Notes under the pieces: generated by a model | The model's database searches: none | What the model saw: only the letters and a program-made list of their open reading frames with translations | Told to the model about the DNA's origin: nothing | Shown: piece after piece, positions 8,136 to 17,892 of the stretch | How the letters are laid out: the number at the start of each line of letters is the position of its first letter | Position numbering within the stretch: position 1 is the first letter of the stretch | Position numbers and translations under genes: made by a program | Assembly: GCA_028864975.1 (NCBI GenBank) | Contig: JAGWLG010000005.1 | Span: forward strand, 1-64,000 | Origin: Thermoplasmata archaeon | GTDB lineage: Archaea > Thermoplasmatota > Thermoplasmata > Lutacidiplasmatales > UBA184 | Direction: 5' to 3' | Length of the DNA: 64,000 bases

Positions 8136-10520
8136 ATGGTGGCGTCGCCGACCTCCCCGTCCCCTGAACGAGCGAAGTCGCTAGGGGAGAATGCCACGGA
8201 GGGCAGCACCGCGGGCCAGGCCGTCAAGGGAGCCCCCCCCGTGGCCCCGCCCTGGGCAGTCGGCGGCCTCGTTCGGGAAAGGATCCGACGCGCGACCGTG
8301 ATCCTCGGCGGTGCACGAACGCGGCTCCTCGGTCTCCTTCACCATCCCCGCCGGACCCTGCGGAGCGCCCTCCGTGAGCCCAAGACATGGCTCGCGATTA
8401 TGGTCCTTGGATGGACCCTCCTCTTCGGAGCGATTGGGGATCTTCGTTACCAGACGTTCCAGACCTACGCGTGGGACCTGGGGGACTACAACCAGGCGCT
8501 CTTCACCACGCTCTTCTCCCACCGGTTCCTCTACTACACCGCGGACGTTCCGGCCGGCACCGGGGGAAACCTCCTTGCCGTGCACTTCTCGCCCTTCCTG
8601 GTACTCCTCCTTCCGGTCTACCTTCTCGCGCCAGGGCCGGAGATCCTCCTATGGGTCCAGGCTGCGGCCGTCGCGCTCGCCGCGCTTCCGACCTTCGGGA
8701 TCGCACGCCGCCGCCTGGGCTCCGACCAGTGGGGGCTTCTGCTCGCGGGCGTGTACCTGCTCTGGCCGGTGACCCAAGGGCTCAGCTGGTACGACTTCCA
8801 CCCCGAATCGTTCCTCCCGCTCACCGTCCTGCTCTCCCTCTACTTCCTCGAGGTCGGCCGCCCACGCGCCTTCCTCCTCACCTGGGTCCTCGCCATGAGC
8901 GTGATCGAGACGATTGTGCCGCTCCTTGCCCTCTGCGCCCTTCTGAGCGTGGTGAGCATCTACCTCGGACCCCGGTTACTGAGGGCCCCCGCCGCCGGTG
9001 GCGTCCGACACCGGGAAGCGGGGAGGTGGTGGCTCGCCGCCCTCGTCCTTTCCGTGCTCTGGCTTGGACTCGCCGCTTTCGCGATCTCCTCGTTCGCCCC
9101 ATCGTACGGGGGAGCCTTCGGGCCAAACTACGCCGTGAACTGGTCGATCCTGGGAGCTCCAAGCGCCCTCTGGGTCTTCCCGCAGGCGGTCCTCCACCCC
9201 GCGAGGGCGTTCGCCGCTCTCGCCTTCGCTCCGGCCCCGAAGCTGCTGTACATCGGGCTCCTATTCGGCCCGCTGCTGTTCCTACCGTGGTTGGGGGAGG
9301 ATCGCTACCTCCTCCCGGCGCTCGCCTGGGTGTGGCTCGCCGTGCTCTCGGACGCCCCGGCGTACTTCCAGATAGGGGACCAGTTCCCCTCCTACGCCGC
9401 TCCGTTCCTCATCGCCGGCGCGATTGGTGGGCTCGTACGCCTGCTCCGGGTTGTGCGGGCCCGAGGGGAGCACCCCGCCCCAAGAACCACGCCCTCCGTT
9501 CTGGCCGGGACGGGCCGGTCGAAGTGGAGGGCGCACGGACGGACGGCGACGCTTCCGCTGACCCTGGTCGTGGCCGCCCTGGCGGGGGCCGCTGTCGCGA
9601 GCCCTTTGCTGCCGATGCCCACGGGGAGCTTCGACGAGATCACCTACGGGATCCCGACCCTGGGTCCCCATGACCGGGCCCTCCAGCAGGTGCTCGACCT
9701 GGTCCCTCCTCACGCGAGCATCTTCACCACCTCCCATCTCTTCCCCGAGGTCTCGAGCCGGCTCAACGCCTACGTCCTTCCGGTGGCGAGCTACTTCGCG
9801 GGGAACAGCACGTTCGGAGCCTGGGTCGATCGCGACACCAACCTCTCGCAATTCGTTCTCGTCGACTACGTGGTCGACCCTTACGTCACGGTCATCTTTG
9901 CGAGCTACGTCAACCTCTCCGGATTCGGGATCTATGCGTCGGCCGACCAGGCTTACCTCTACGAGCGGGGATGGTCGGGGGCCCCGGTCCTCTTCTCCCC
10001 CTCTCCGCCCCTCGTCGTGGACCTCTCCTCGCTCCCCCTGGGGGACGCGACCATTAGCCCCTCACCGGGAGGAGCCCCAGGTAGCGTAGCGGTCCACCAT
10101 GCTCCGGGGGAGGAGAACGGCACCCTGCTCTGGGGGGGGCTCGTGTTCGGCGGGATGGGACCGGGAACGTACCGACTGGACCTTCGGACGGCGGTCCGCG
10201 CGGGGGGCCCGGAGCCCGGGGTTGCGCTCAAGGTCGCGAGAACTCCGCTCGTGGCCTCGGCATTCCCGATCAACTACTCGCCTCGGGGGCACGATTATGG
10301 CTTCTCTGAGACGCTCGATACCTCGCGGACCACCGACGTGGGGCTCCTCCAAGTCAACGGGAGCACGGACCCTCGCTCTCTCGTCAACACGACGGAGACC
10401 TTCCGCATCCCATGGGAAGGCCCCGGTCTCATCGTGTGCCAGGGATGGTTGCTCGACGATCAGATCGACTTCTGGCTCGAAGCAGCCTCGTTGACGCAGG
10501 TCGCTCCTTCCGTCAGCTGA
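8136..10520 (+). CDS. DUF2079-family polytopic membrane protein (GT-C-like glycosyltransferase), copy 1
   Basis: YAWDLGDYNQAL, HFSPFLVLLLPVY, LLWVQAAAVAL, YDFHPESF; many TM segments and a C-terminal soluble domain. Confidence 0.82.
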   Translation: MVASPTSPSPERAKSLGENATEGSTAGQAVKGAPPVAPPWAVGGLVRERIRRATVILGGARTRLLGLLHHPRRTLRSALREPKTWLAIMVLGWTLLFGAIGDLRYQTFQTYAWDLGDYNQALFTTLFSHRFLYYTADVPAGTGGNLLAVHFSPFLVLLLPVYLLAPGPEILLWVQAAAVALAALPTFGIARRRLGSDQWGLLLAGVYLLWPVTQGLSWYDFHPESFLPLTVLLSLYFLEVGRPRAFLLTWVLAMSVIETIVPLLALCALLSVVSIYLGPRLLRAPAAGGVRHREAGRWWLAALVLSVLWLGLAAFAISSFAPSYGGAFGPNYAVNWSILGAPSALWVFPQAVLHPARAFAALAFAPAPKLLYIGLLFGPLLFLPWLGEDRYLLPALAWVWLAVLSDAPAYFQIGDQFPSYAAPFLIAGAIGGLVRLLRVVRARGEHPAPRTTPSVLAGTGRSKWRAHGRTATLPLTLVVAALAGAAVASPLLPMPTGSFDEITYGIPTLGPHDRALQQVLDLVPPHASIFTTSHLFPEVSSRLNAYVLPVASYFAGNSTFGAWVDRDTNLSQFVLVDYVVDPYVTVIFASYVNLSGFGIYASADQAYLYERGWSGAPVLFSPSPPLVVDLSSLPLGDATISPSPGGAPGSVAVHHAPGEENGTLLWGGLVFGGMGPGTYRLDLRTAVRAGGPEPGVALKVARTPLVASAFPINYSPRGHDYGFSETLDTSRTTDVGLLQVNGSTDPRSLVNTTETFRIPWEGPGLIVCQGWLLDDQIDFWLEAASLTQVAPSVS

Positions 10521-10607
10521 TCCCGTGCTCGCCTATTGAATCAAAGCCCCGCGCTCTTCGGAAGCGAAGCCTCTTGGCACGGCAGGGTCAGGGGGAGGGA
10601 GGTAGTG

Positions 10608-11795
10608 ATGTGCGTGGAGTCGCAGACGACCCCTCCCGCCGACCTCCGGTCGCGGGACGGGAAGCCGCTTCGGATCCTGTTCGTCGCGTCGCGCGACAGC
10701 CAACATCCGGTCGCTGCCGGGGGGGAGAGGCTCCTCCAACTCCTGGCCGAAGAACTCGCCGCCCGCGGCCACGCGGTCTCTTTTTGGAGCGCGGGACACG
10801 CATCCCTCCCCCGCCGAGAGACTCATCGCGGTGTCCGGGTGGAGCGGATCGGCCGGACACGATTCTTCGCCCCCTTCGTGTGGGTCCGCTTCGTCCTTCT
10901 CCCCCGCGGGCACTTCGACGTCGTCATCGAGGAGGGGATGGGGGGTGAGCGTGTCCCGTTCCTGGCGGTCTTCCTCTTCCGAGGTCCCACGGTCGGGGCG
11001 CTCTTCCAGGACCACCGACCCCTCATCCGCACGATGTACGGGGGCTCCTCGCTCGTCGTTCGGACCGGGCTCATGCTCCAGAAGGTCCTCCTTTGGGCCT
11101 ACCAAGACGGCCCTCTCCTCACCTGCTCGAAGGCCACCCGCGACTGGCTGGTGAGCGAGGGGGTCCCCGGGGCGCGCGTCGGCGTCATCTACCCCCGGGT
11201 GCGCCTGCCTCCAGGGGTCCTCGCCCGCCCTTGGAGCGAGCGGGAGAACGCCATCGTCTCCATCGGGAACTTTCGGCCTACGAAACGCTTCGAGGAGGCG
11301 ATCGAGGTCGTGGGACGCCTGCGCCAGGAGGTCCCCAGCGCCACGCTCCATCTTGTGGGGCGTCCCTATCATCAGGAGTATCTCTCCCACCTCGAGCGGC
11401 GGGCGGCCGCGGCCGAGCTTCAGGGCGCGGTCCGGTTCCACCTCTCCGCGACGGAGGAAGAGAAGTACTCCCTGCTCGCGAGAGCCAAGGCGCTGGTCGT
11501 CCACAGTCCGGTGGAGGGGTTTGGTTGGACGATTCCTGAGGCCGGCCTAGTGGGTACCCCGACCGTCGCCAACCCCGGGGTCCCGAAGGATGCCCTCGAT
11601 CCGGGGGTCTCGGGCGAGGTGGTCCCCTTCGGCGACGTGGCGGAGTACGTGCGGGTCCTCTCGCGATGGATGTGCTCGGAGGAGGCGTGGCGGCCCTTCT
11701 CGGAAGGAGCGCGGCATTCTGCGCAGCGGTTCACCGCACCGGTGCTTCGGCCGGGCATGGAAGCGTGGCTCAACGAGCAGCTCCGGCGCCGCTGA
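10608..11795 (+). CDS. Glycosyltransferase family 4
   Basis: AAGGERLL, LAARGHAV, GNFRPTKRFE, EGFGWTIPEAGLVGTPTV. GGAGGT precedes ATG 10608. Confidence 0.92.
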   Translation: MCVESQTTPPADLRSRDGKPLRILFVASRDSQHPVAAGGERLLQLLAEELAARGHAVSFWSAGHASLPRRETHRGVRVERIGRTRFFAPFVWVRFVLLPRGHFDVVIEEGMGGERVPFLAVFLFRGPTVGALFQDHRPLIRTMYGGSSLVVRTGLMLQKVLLWAYQDGPLLTCSKATRDWLVSEGVPGARVGVIYPRVRLPPGVLARPWSERENAIVSIGNFRPTKRFEEAIEVVGRLRQEVPSATLHLVGRPYHQEYLSHLERRAAAAELQGAVRFHLSATEEEKYSLLARAKALVVHSPVEGFGWTIPEAGLVGTPTVANPGVPKDALDPGVSGEVVPFGDVAEYVRVLSRWMCSEEAWRPFSEGARHSAQRFTAPVLRPGMEAWLNEQLRRR

Positions 11796-11819
11796 CGATC
11801 CTCGCGTCGCTCGTCCGGT

Positions 11820-12839
11820 TCATCTCCAGGCGATCTCGGCCCACATGCCGATCCCCACGCTGAAGGCCTTCTTCCGCGAGGAGCTCGAGTACTTCGACTG
11901 CCCCAGGCGCCGTCGGAACCGGATCGGGACCTCGACCACGGTCTGGTTCTGGTCCAGGACCCGCATGATCATGTGCGAGCAGAAGTGTGGGCCCCCCTCT
12001 TTCAGCGTCGGGAGGACCGGGACGAGCGCCTCTCGGCGCAGCGCCCGGAATGTGCACCCCCCGTCGGTGAGCCGGACCCTGCCAAAGAAGACGGCATTCC
12101 AGTACCGCAGTCGGATGAGGAGGCCCATGAACATGTTCCCCCACGAGATGAACCAGTCCATGAATGCGCCGGGCTGGACCAGCACGTGCGTGGTCCTGTT
12201 GCCGATGACCATGTCGGCCTCCGAGAGGTAGGGGAGGAGCTTTCCCAGGTCCCCCCCGATGTAACTCCCGTCGCCTTCGCAAAGGACGATCATTCGGGCC
12301 CAGGGGCGCGCGAGCCCCTCGGTGAGGCCGCGGATGCACGCGTGTCCGTACCCTTGCTGGCGCTCAGGGACGACCGTAGCTCCGTGAGCGCGCGCCCGCT
12401 CGGCCGTTCGGTCGGTGGAGTTGTTGTCGACGACGACGACCTCTCGCACCTGGGGGCAGGCGAGGAACTCGTCGACGACCATCCCCACCGCCTGCTCCTC
12501 GTTGTAGGCGGTGAGCGCCACAAGGACGTCCTTCCCTTCGGGGTTGAAGGGAGGTGGGGTCCGGTCCGCCGCCGCGTTCGTCTTGTCGACGGCCGGATAG
12601 AGCAGGACCAGAAGGAAGAGCGGGACCAGGAGGAAGAAGACGATCTGAGCGACCGCGAGCCAGAAGGTCGTAAAGGGGCCGTTGATGTCCAGGATGTTGA
12701 CCGGGTGAAGATGCCCGTCGCGGAGAACCTCGTAGAGATAGGCCGTGACGGCCAGCAGCGCACGCGCGAGCATGACAAAGAAGGTGAGGACGGCGAAGGC
12801 TGCTCCTCCTAGGAACAGGTTCACGAGCAGCTTGCCCAT
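11820..12839 (-). CDS. Glycosyltransferase family 2, polyprenol-phosphate glycosyltransferase (DPM1-like) with N-terminal TM segments
   Basis: TAYNEE, VVDNNSTDRT, QGYGHA, EGDGSY, TDGGCTFRALRR, EVPIRFRRRLGQSK. Confidence 0.9.
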   Translation of the reverse strand: MGKLLVNLFLGGAAFAVLTFFVMLARALLAVTAYLYEVLRDGHLHPVNILDINGPFTTFWLAVAQIVFFLLVPLFLLVLLYPAVDKTNAAADRTPPPFNPEGKDVLVALTAYNEEQAVGMVVDEFLACPQVREVVVVDNNSTDRTAERARAHGATVVPERQQGYGHACIRGLTEGLARPWARMIVLCEGDGSYIGGDLGKLLPYLSEADMVIGNRTTHVLVQPGAFMDWFISWGNMFMGLLIRLRYWNAVFFGRVRLTDGGCTFRALRREALVPVLPTLKEGGPHFCSHMIMRVLDQNQTVVEVPIRFRRRLGQSKYSSSSRKKAFSVGIGMWAEIAWR

Positions 12840-12973
12840 CGCGGTCCTCGTCCCGAATTGAGGGGTCCCTCGCCGAGCGCCGACCCTACGGGTCCCGCGT
12901 CGCTCCCATCTTCCGAGGTCAAGAGCTCTCCGGGCGATAAGCATATATCGACACCTCCCCCAGCGTTCCTGGC

Positions 12974-14035
12974 ATGAGGGCCCTGGTCACCGGGGCCGCG
13001 GGGTTGGTCGGGTCCTCGATGGTCCGGCTGCTCTCGAAGCAGGGGTTCGAGCTCATCACCGTCGACAACTACCTGCGAGGGCAGATCTTCGGCCCGGAAG
13101 GTGACACACGCCCGACGATGGATGCGCTCCGGAAGGAGGCGCGTGTCGATCACCACGTCATGGATGTCCGGGACCCAAAGGTGGGCGAGCTCGTCGAAGG
13201 GGTGGACCTCGTGGTCCACACCGCGGCCCAGCCATCCCACCCACGCTCGATCGAGATTCCGGTGGAGGACTTCGAGATCAATGCTCGGGCGACGCTCCTC
13301 CTCCTGGAGGCGGTCCGCCGTAGGGCCCCCCAGGCGGTCTTCGTCTACTGTTCAACGAACAAAGTGTACGGGGACGTGCCGAACTCCTTTACCTATGAGC
13401 GCGTCGGCAGGCGCTACACGCCCGTGGACCCGACCCTCCGCAACGGGTTCGACGAAGGGCTACGGATCGACCAGTGTCTCCATACGCCCTTCGGCGTCTC
13501 CAAGGCGGCCGCTGACCTCTACGTTCAGGAGTTCGGTCGGCTCTACGGCCTCCGGACGGGGGTGTTCCGGATGGGGTGCATCACCGGGGGAGCGGCCATG
13601 GCGGTCGAGCAGCACAACTGGGAACCCTACTTCGTTCGCAAGGCTCTCAACGGGGAACGGCTCACGATCTTCGGATACGAGGGCTACCAGGTCCGGGACG
13701 TGATTCACGCGGACGACCTCTCCCGCCTCTTCCTAGAATTCTTCCGCCACCCGCACCCCGGAGAGGTCTACAACGCCGGCGGGGGCCCCACCAACTCCAC
13801 CTCCCTCCTGGAGGCTATCGAGCTCATCGAGGGGATCGTAGGAAGAAAGATGCTCGTCGACCACGGGCCGGCCCGAGAGGGGGACCATATGTGGTACGTG
13901 AGCAATCTGGCCAAGGCCCAGCGCCACCATCCTGGTTGGGGGATCACGATCGGTCTCCCGGAGATCTTCCGAGGGATCTACCAGGCCCAGATGGGCCGAC
14001 CCGTCGCTGCACCTCCCCATGGCTCGGCCCGTTGA
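12974..14035 (+). CDS. NAD-dependent epimerase, CDP-paratose 2-epimerase-like clade
   Basis: VTGAAGLVGS, HTAAQPSH, STNKVYGD, PFGVSKAAAD, FRMGCITG, GYQVRDVIH, REGDHMWY. Confidence 0.9.
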   Translation: MRALVTGAAGLVGSSMVRLLSKQGFELITVDNYLRGQIFGPEGDTRPTMDALRKEARVDHHVMDVRDPKVGELVEGVDLVVHTAAQPSHPRSIEIPVEDFEINARATLLLLEAVRRRAPQAVFVYCSTNKVYGDVPNSFTYERVGRRYTPVDPTLRNGFDEGLRIDQCLHTPFGVSKAAADLYVQEFGRLYGLRTGVFRMGCITGGAAMAVEQHNWEPYFVRKALNGERLTIFGYEGYQVRDVIHADDLSRLFLEFFRHPHPGEVYNAGGGPTNSTSLLEAIELIEGIVGRKMLVDHGPAREGDHMWYVSNLAKAQRHHPGWGITIGLPEIFRGIYQAQMGRPVAAPPHGSAR

Positions 14036-15783
14036 TGCGGTCGCTCGAGAGGGGCCTCCCGCCCGGCCCCCGCGTGCGGAGCGGGACCAGGTCACTCGGC
14101 CGCGGGGGGCTGTGGACCCTTCCCCCTCTCAGCCTCACCTTGGCCATACTTCTCCTTGTGACCGGCGGCGGGTGGGGCCCCCATCCGTCGTCCCCGGCGT
14201 CACGACCCGTCGGTCTTCTGGAGCCCACGGCCCGCGCCGCCCATACTTCTTCCAAGACCTTGGTGGGTACCTCGAGAGACGCGGCAAGTGCCGGCCCTGA
14301 GACCTGGACCAACCGTACGCCAATGATCCCGCTCCTACCCCCCGGGCGCTGCTGCGGCGCCATGGCGTACGATGCGCGCGACGGCTACACCCTGCTCTTC
14401 GGGGGAGGCAACGGACCCTGCGGTGTGTTCTGCAACGATACGTGGGCGTTCAACGGGACCGACTGGGTGAGGATCGCGACCCCCGTCGCCCCCTCGCCAC
14501 GCCAATGGCCGATGATGACCTACGATCCCTTCGACGGTTATGTCCTGCTATTCGGGGGCGTAGCTTCCGATGGCGTCACCCCTCTCGCTGATACCTGGGC
14601 GTTCTCGGGGGGCCGCTGGCAGCTCATCTCGGAGCAGGGGGGTCCGGCTCCTCGCTGGGCCGGTGGGATGGCCGCGGATCTCAACGATGGATACGTGCTC
14701 CTCTTCGGAGGCTTCGCCGGCGCGCCCCAGTTCTACCGAGATAGCTGGGGTTACTCCCACGGCCACTGGACCTCGCTCGTCCCCCTCCGCTCGCCTCCCC
14801 CACGCTGGACCCCTCTCCTCGCCACCGATCCCGCCGAGGGAGGGGTCATCCTTTACGGGGGATTCAACCAGAACGAGGGGTTCCTCGCGGACACGTGGGA
14901 CTTCTCCAACGGCAGCTGGACCCAGACCTATCCTGCGAACTACCCTCCGCCCCGGGAGAAGGGGATGATCGCCTTTGATCCAGTGGTCGGGGGACCTGTC
15001 CTCTTCGGAGGCGACGTCTGTCCCACCGGCTGCACCAACGCAAGCTCAGTCCGTTCGCTCAACGACACTTGGGTCCTCGTGAACGGGTCGTGGAGCTCCG
15101 TCTCTTCTCCCGGGTATCCGGAGGCTCAGTGGGGGGAGATGTTGTCGTTCGACTGGACGCTCGGCTCTGCGGTCCTCCTTGGAGAGGATGGCACGCATGG
15201 GCGCAACTCCACGGTTTGGCTCCTAAGCCCCGCCCATGCGCCCCCACGGCTCCAGGTGGTCGCGGCGTCGGCGGTTCCCCTCATCGTCGCGCTCGGGACC
15301 CCGGCGACCTTCGTGGCCGCAGGAGTGCCAGAGGTGGGGAAGCTCTCCTTTACCTACCGCGACCTCCCGAGCGGCTGCCTGAACCTCTCGATCCCTCTCC
15401 TTTCGTGTTCGCCCTCGGTGCTCGGGATCTACACGGTCAGGCTCGCAATCGAGGACGGCGCAAGCTCCTCAGGATGGCTGAACGTCACCTTCTCGGTCGT
15501 GCCCTCGCGTCCCCCCCCGCCCTCTCCGCCTCCGACGGGTCCGGGGTTCCCTTGGGACGGAGCGGCCCTCCTGGTCCTCTCGGTCGCGGTCATTCTGGTG
15601 ATTCTCCTCCACCCCCGGACCCGGAGACGCCTACGGGGTTCCGGCAGAAGGCCCAGCTCCGAGAGGAAGGACCCGCACGACGGCCGCGTAGGGTCCGCGC
15701 CCCCCTCCGGAACTCAGGGAGGTCTCGCGGACCCTCCGACCCCCGCAAGACCCCCAGCGGACCCGGGAACGTCGGAGCCCTGA
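14035..15783 (+). CDS. Kelch-repeat beta-propeller surface protein with Ig-like domain and C-terminal TM (paralog A)
   Basis: Repeated MAYD..DGYxLLFGG...DTW units, signal-like N-terminus, TM ALLVLSVAVILVILL. TGATG coupling to the upstream gene. Confidence 0.88.
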   Translation: MRSLERGLPPGPRVRSGTRSLGRGGLWTLPPLSLTLAILLLVTGGGWGPHPSSPASRPVGLLEPTARAAHTSSKTLVGTSRDAASAGPETWTNRTPMIPLLPPGRCCGAMAYDARDGYTLLFGGGNGPCGVFCNDTWAFNGTDWVRIATPVAPSPRQWPMMTYDPFDGYVLLFGGVASDGVTPLADTWAFSGGRWQLISEQGGPAPRWAGGMAADLNDGYVLLFGGFAGAPQFYRDSWGYSHGHWTSLVPLRSPPPRWTPLLATDPAEGGVILYGGFNQNEGFLADTWDFSNGSWTQTYPANYPPPREKGMIAFDPVVGGPVLFGGDVCPTGCTNASSVRSLNDTWVLVNGSWSSVSSPGYPEAQWGEMLSFDWTLGSAVLLGEDGTHGRNSTVWLLSPAHAPPRLQVVAASAVPLIVALGTPATFVAAGVPEVGKLSFTYRDLPSGCLNLSIPLLSCSPSVLGIYTVRLAIEDGASSSGWLNVTFSVVPSRPPPPSPPPTGPGFPWDGAALLVLSVAVILVILLHPRTRRRLRGSGRRPSSERKDPHDGRVGSAPPSGTQGGLADPPTPARPPADPGTSEP

Positions 15784-15863
15784 GAAGGACGGGCTGGGAC
15801 CCGTCCGAAGGGCCCCCGAGGGGGGCATCAAGCCCTATACGCTCGCTCTTCTCGGCAGGACTC

Positions 15864-17720
15864 ATGACCTTTCCCTCGCCCAGCGTGGGGGCACGGTCCT
15901 GCTCCGGCCTCAGAGCGAAAGAGCTCCGAACCCTGCCGGTCCGGTCGCTCGTGGTCGTGCTCCCCGTCATGCTCATGGCGAGCGGGTTCCTCCAGGGCTT
16001 GTCCATCTCCGGTCCCCGGCCAGCGATTGCCTCCAGTACAATCGGCCAGCTCGCCCCGGAGGATTGCGCCCGCGCGGCCGCGATAACCGCGGGTGCCTCA
16101 CTGGCCCACCCTTGCACGGCGGGACGCCACTCCTCGCCAGTGGTTTCCGGTTCGGACATGAATTGGACCAGCATCTCGGCCCTCTCCACCGCGACGCCCC
16201 CGGCCCGTTGCTGCTCGGCGATGGCGTACGACGCGTTCGACGGATACGAGGTACTCTTCGGGGGTGTGGGAGCTTGCGGAGGGGTCTGCAACGACACGTG
16301 GATCCTGCGCGGCTCTCAGTGGACCCACCTCGACCCATCGCACGCACCAAGCCCTCGGGATTGGGCGTCCATGGCCTACGACCCGTTCGACAGGGCCGTC
16401 CTCCTGTTCGGCGGGACGCCGGATGGGAACATCGCCCTCGCAGACACGTGGTCCTTTTCGTCGGGCGTTTGGACCCAGCTTGACCCTTCCACGGCTCCAC
16501 CTGGCCGTTGGGCTAGCGGGCTGTCGATGGACCCTCAAGACGGGTACATGGTCCTCTTCGGAGGATACCAAGGCGGTTCCTCATTCCTGCAGGACACCTG
16601 GACCTTCGTGAACGGGACATGGTCGGAGGTCTTGACCGCGCACCTCCCGCCCCCACGATGGACCCCGCTCCTTGCCTTCGACGACCAGGAGGAAGGGGTC
16701 CTCTTGTTCGGGGGTTACGCCTACACGCTGGGGTTCTTGGGCGACACCTGGGTCTACGCCAAGGGCGATTGGTCCCAGGTGGGGGCCGGCTCGGCTCCCC
16801 CCGCGCGGGACAAGGGGATGATGGCCTACGATGCTTGGGACCAGAGGATGGTCCTGTTCGCAGGAGAGTTCTGCCTCCTCAGCTGCTCCACCGGCGGTTA
16901 CGTGCGCCACCTCAACGACACCTGGTCCTTCGAGAACGGAACTTGGAAGAACATCAGCGGCTCTCGAAACCCTCCGCAGCAATGCTGCGGGGCGATGACC
17001 TTCGACTGGGGTTCCGGTCAACTGGTGGTCCTGAGCGCCAACTCCTCCGGTGGGAGGAACGCCACCACCTGGGTGGGCTCGCTCTCCCCCCCATCCACCG
17101 GTGGGCCGGAGATCTCTTCGTTGCGGGCGTGGCCCTCGAGCCCCACAGTAGGCTCGGGTGTCCTCTTGACCGTGGCCGCGCGCCCCTCGCTCGGGACCCT
17201 TACCTATCTCTACACCTCGCTGCCGCCTGGGTGCGCCACGCTCGACAGTCCCCTCTTGGCCTGTGCTCCCCGACAACCGGGAAGCTACGTCGTTTCCGTC
17301 GAAGTGACCGATGCGAGCGGACGCACGGTCGCAGGGACGCTCGCGCTCACCGTCACCCTCGGTGGTGCTTCGCCTCCCCCACCTTCCCCCGTCCCCGGTT
17401 ATCTGACGTGGGTCGTCGCGGGCGGGATGGTATTCTCAGCGGTGGTCGTCCTCCTTTGGGTCCGAGCTGGGCGTAAGCGAACCACCGGCGCGCCCTCTCC
17501 CCGGGAGCCACCCGATTCCACCCGAGGAGCTTCCGAGGCCAAGGAACCTATCGTCCCTGAGCACACCCTTGACAAGGGGTCCACCACGCTCCGACACGGG
17601 CCCGAGGATCCCCGTTCACCCGAACCCTCGTCCACGGAGGAGGTCGCAGGACCGAGAGATCCGCCGCAAGGACGCGAGGCTTCGGCTCCCGTCGAGGCCG
17701 GCAGACCCCCCACAGAGTGA
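15864..17720 (+). CDS. Kelch-repeat beta-propeller surface protein with Ig-like domain and C-terminal TM (paralog B)
   Basis: Same repeats; RCCSAMAYD, PPPRWTPLLA, RDKGMMAYD; TM YLTWVVAGGMVFSAVVVLLWV. Confidence 0.88.
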   Translation: MTFPSPSVGARSCSGLRAKELRTLPVRSLVVVLPVMLMASGFLQGLSISGPRPAIASSTIGQLAPEDCARAAAITAGASLAHPCTAGRHSSPVVSGSDMNWTSISALSTATPPARCCSAMAYDAFDGYEVLFGGVGACGGVCNDTWILRGSQWTHLDPSHAPSPRDWASMAYDPFDRAVLLFGGTPDGNIALADTWSFSSGVWTQLDPSTAPPGRWASGLSMDPQDGYMVLFGGYQGGSSFLQDTWTFVNGTWSEVLTAHLPPPRWTPLLAFDDQEEGVLLFGGYAYTLGFLGDTWVYAKGDWSQVGAGSAPPARDKGMMAYDAWDQRMVLFAGEFCLLSCSTGGYVRHLNDTWSFENGTWKNISGSRNPPQQCCGAMTFDWGSGQLVVLSANSSGGRNATTWVGSLSPPSTGGPEISSLRAWPSSPTVGSGVLLTVAARPSLGTLTYLYTSLPPGCATLDSPLLACAPRQPGSYVVSVEVTDASGRTVAGTLALTVTLGGASPPPPSPVPGYLTWVVAGGMVFSAVVVLLWVRAGRKRTTGAPSPREPPDSTRGASEAKEPIVPEHTLDKGSTTLRHGPEDPRSPEPSSTEEVAGPRDPPQGREASAPVEAGRPPTE

Positions 17721-17892
17721 CTTTGGAGGCGGTCAAAGCTCCGCCCCCCTCCTCCCTCCTTCAGGACCTCCAGCGCGCCAAGTTCCTTCCGCAGAGGTTG
17801 GACCCTCCGCTCCGGGGCGCGCGTGGCCCCAACGCCCTCGGGGCCGGAAGAAAGGAGATATCCCCCCGCGCCGATCCCCTGCCCGAGGAGAC

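Noticed and set aside
13484-13513. Phe at the catalytic Tyr position (PFGVSK) of the 12974-14035 epimerase
   Set aside because: To my knowledge FGxSK is a common variant in this CDP-paratose-epimerase-like clade, so it is not unusual.
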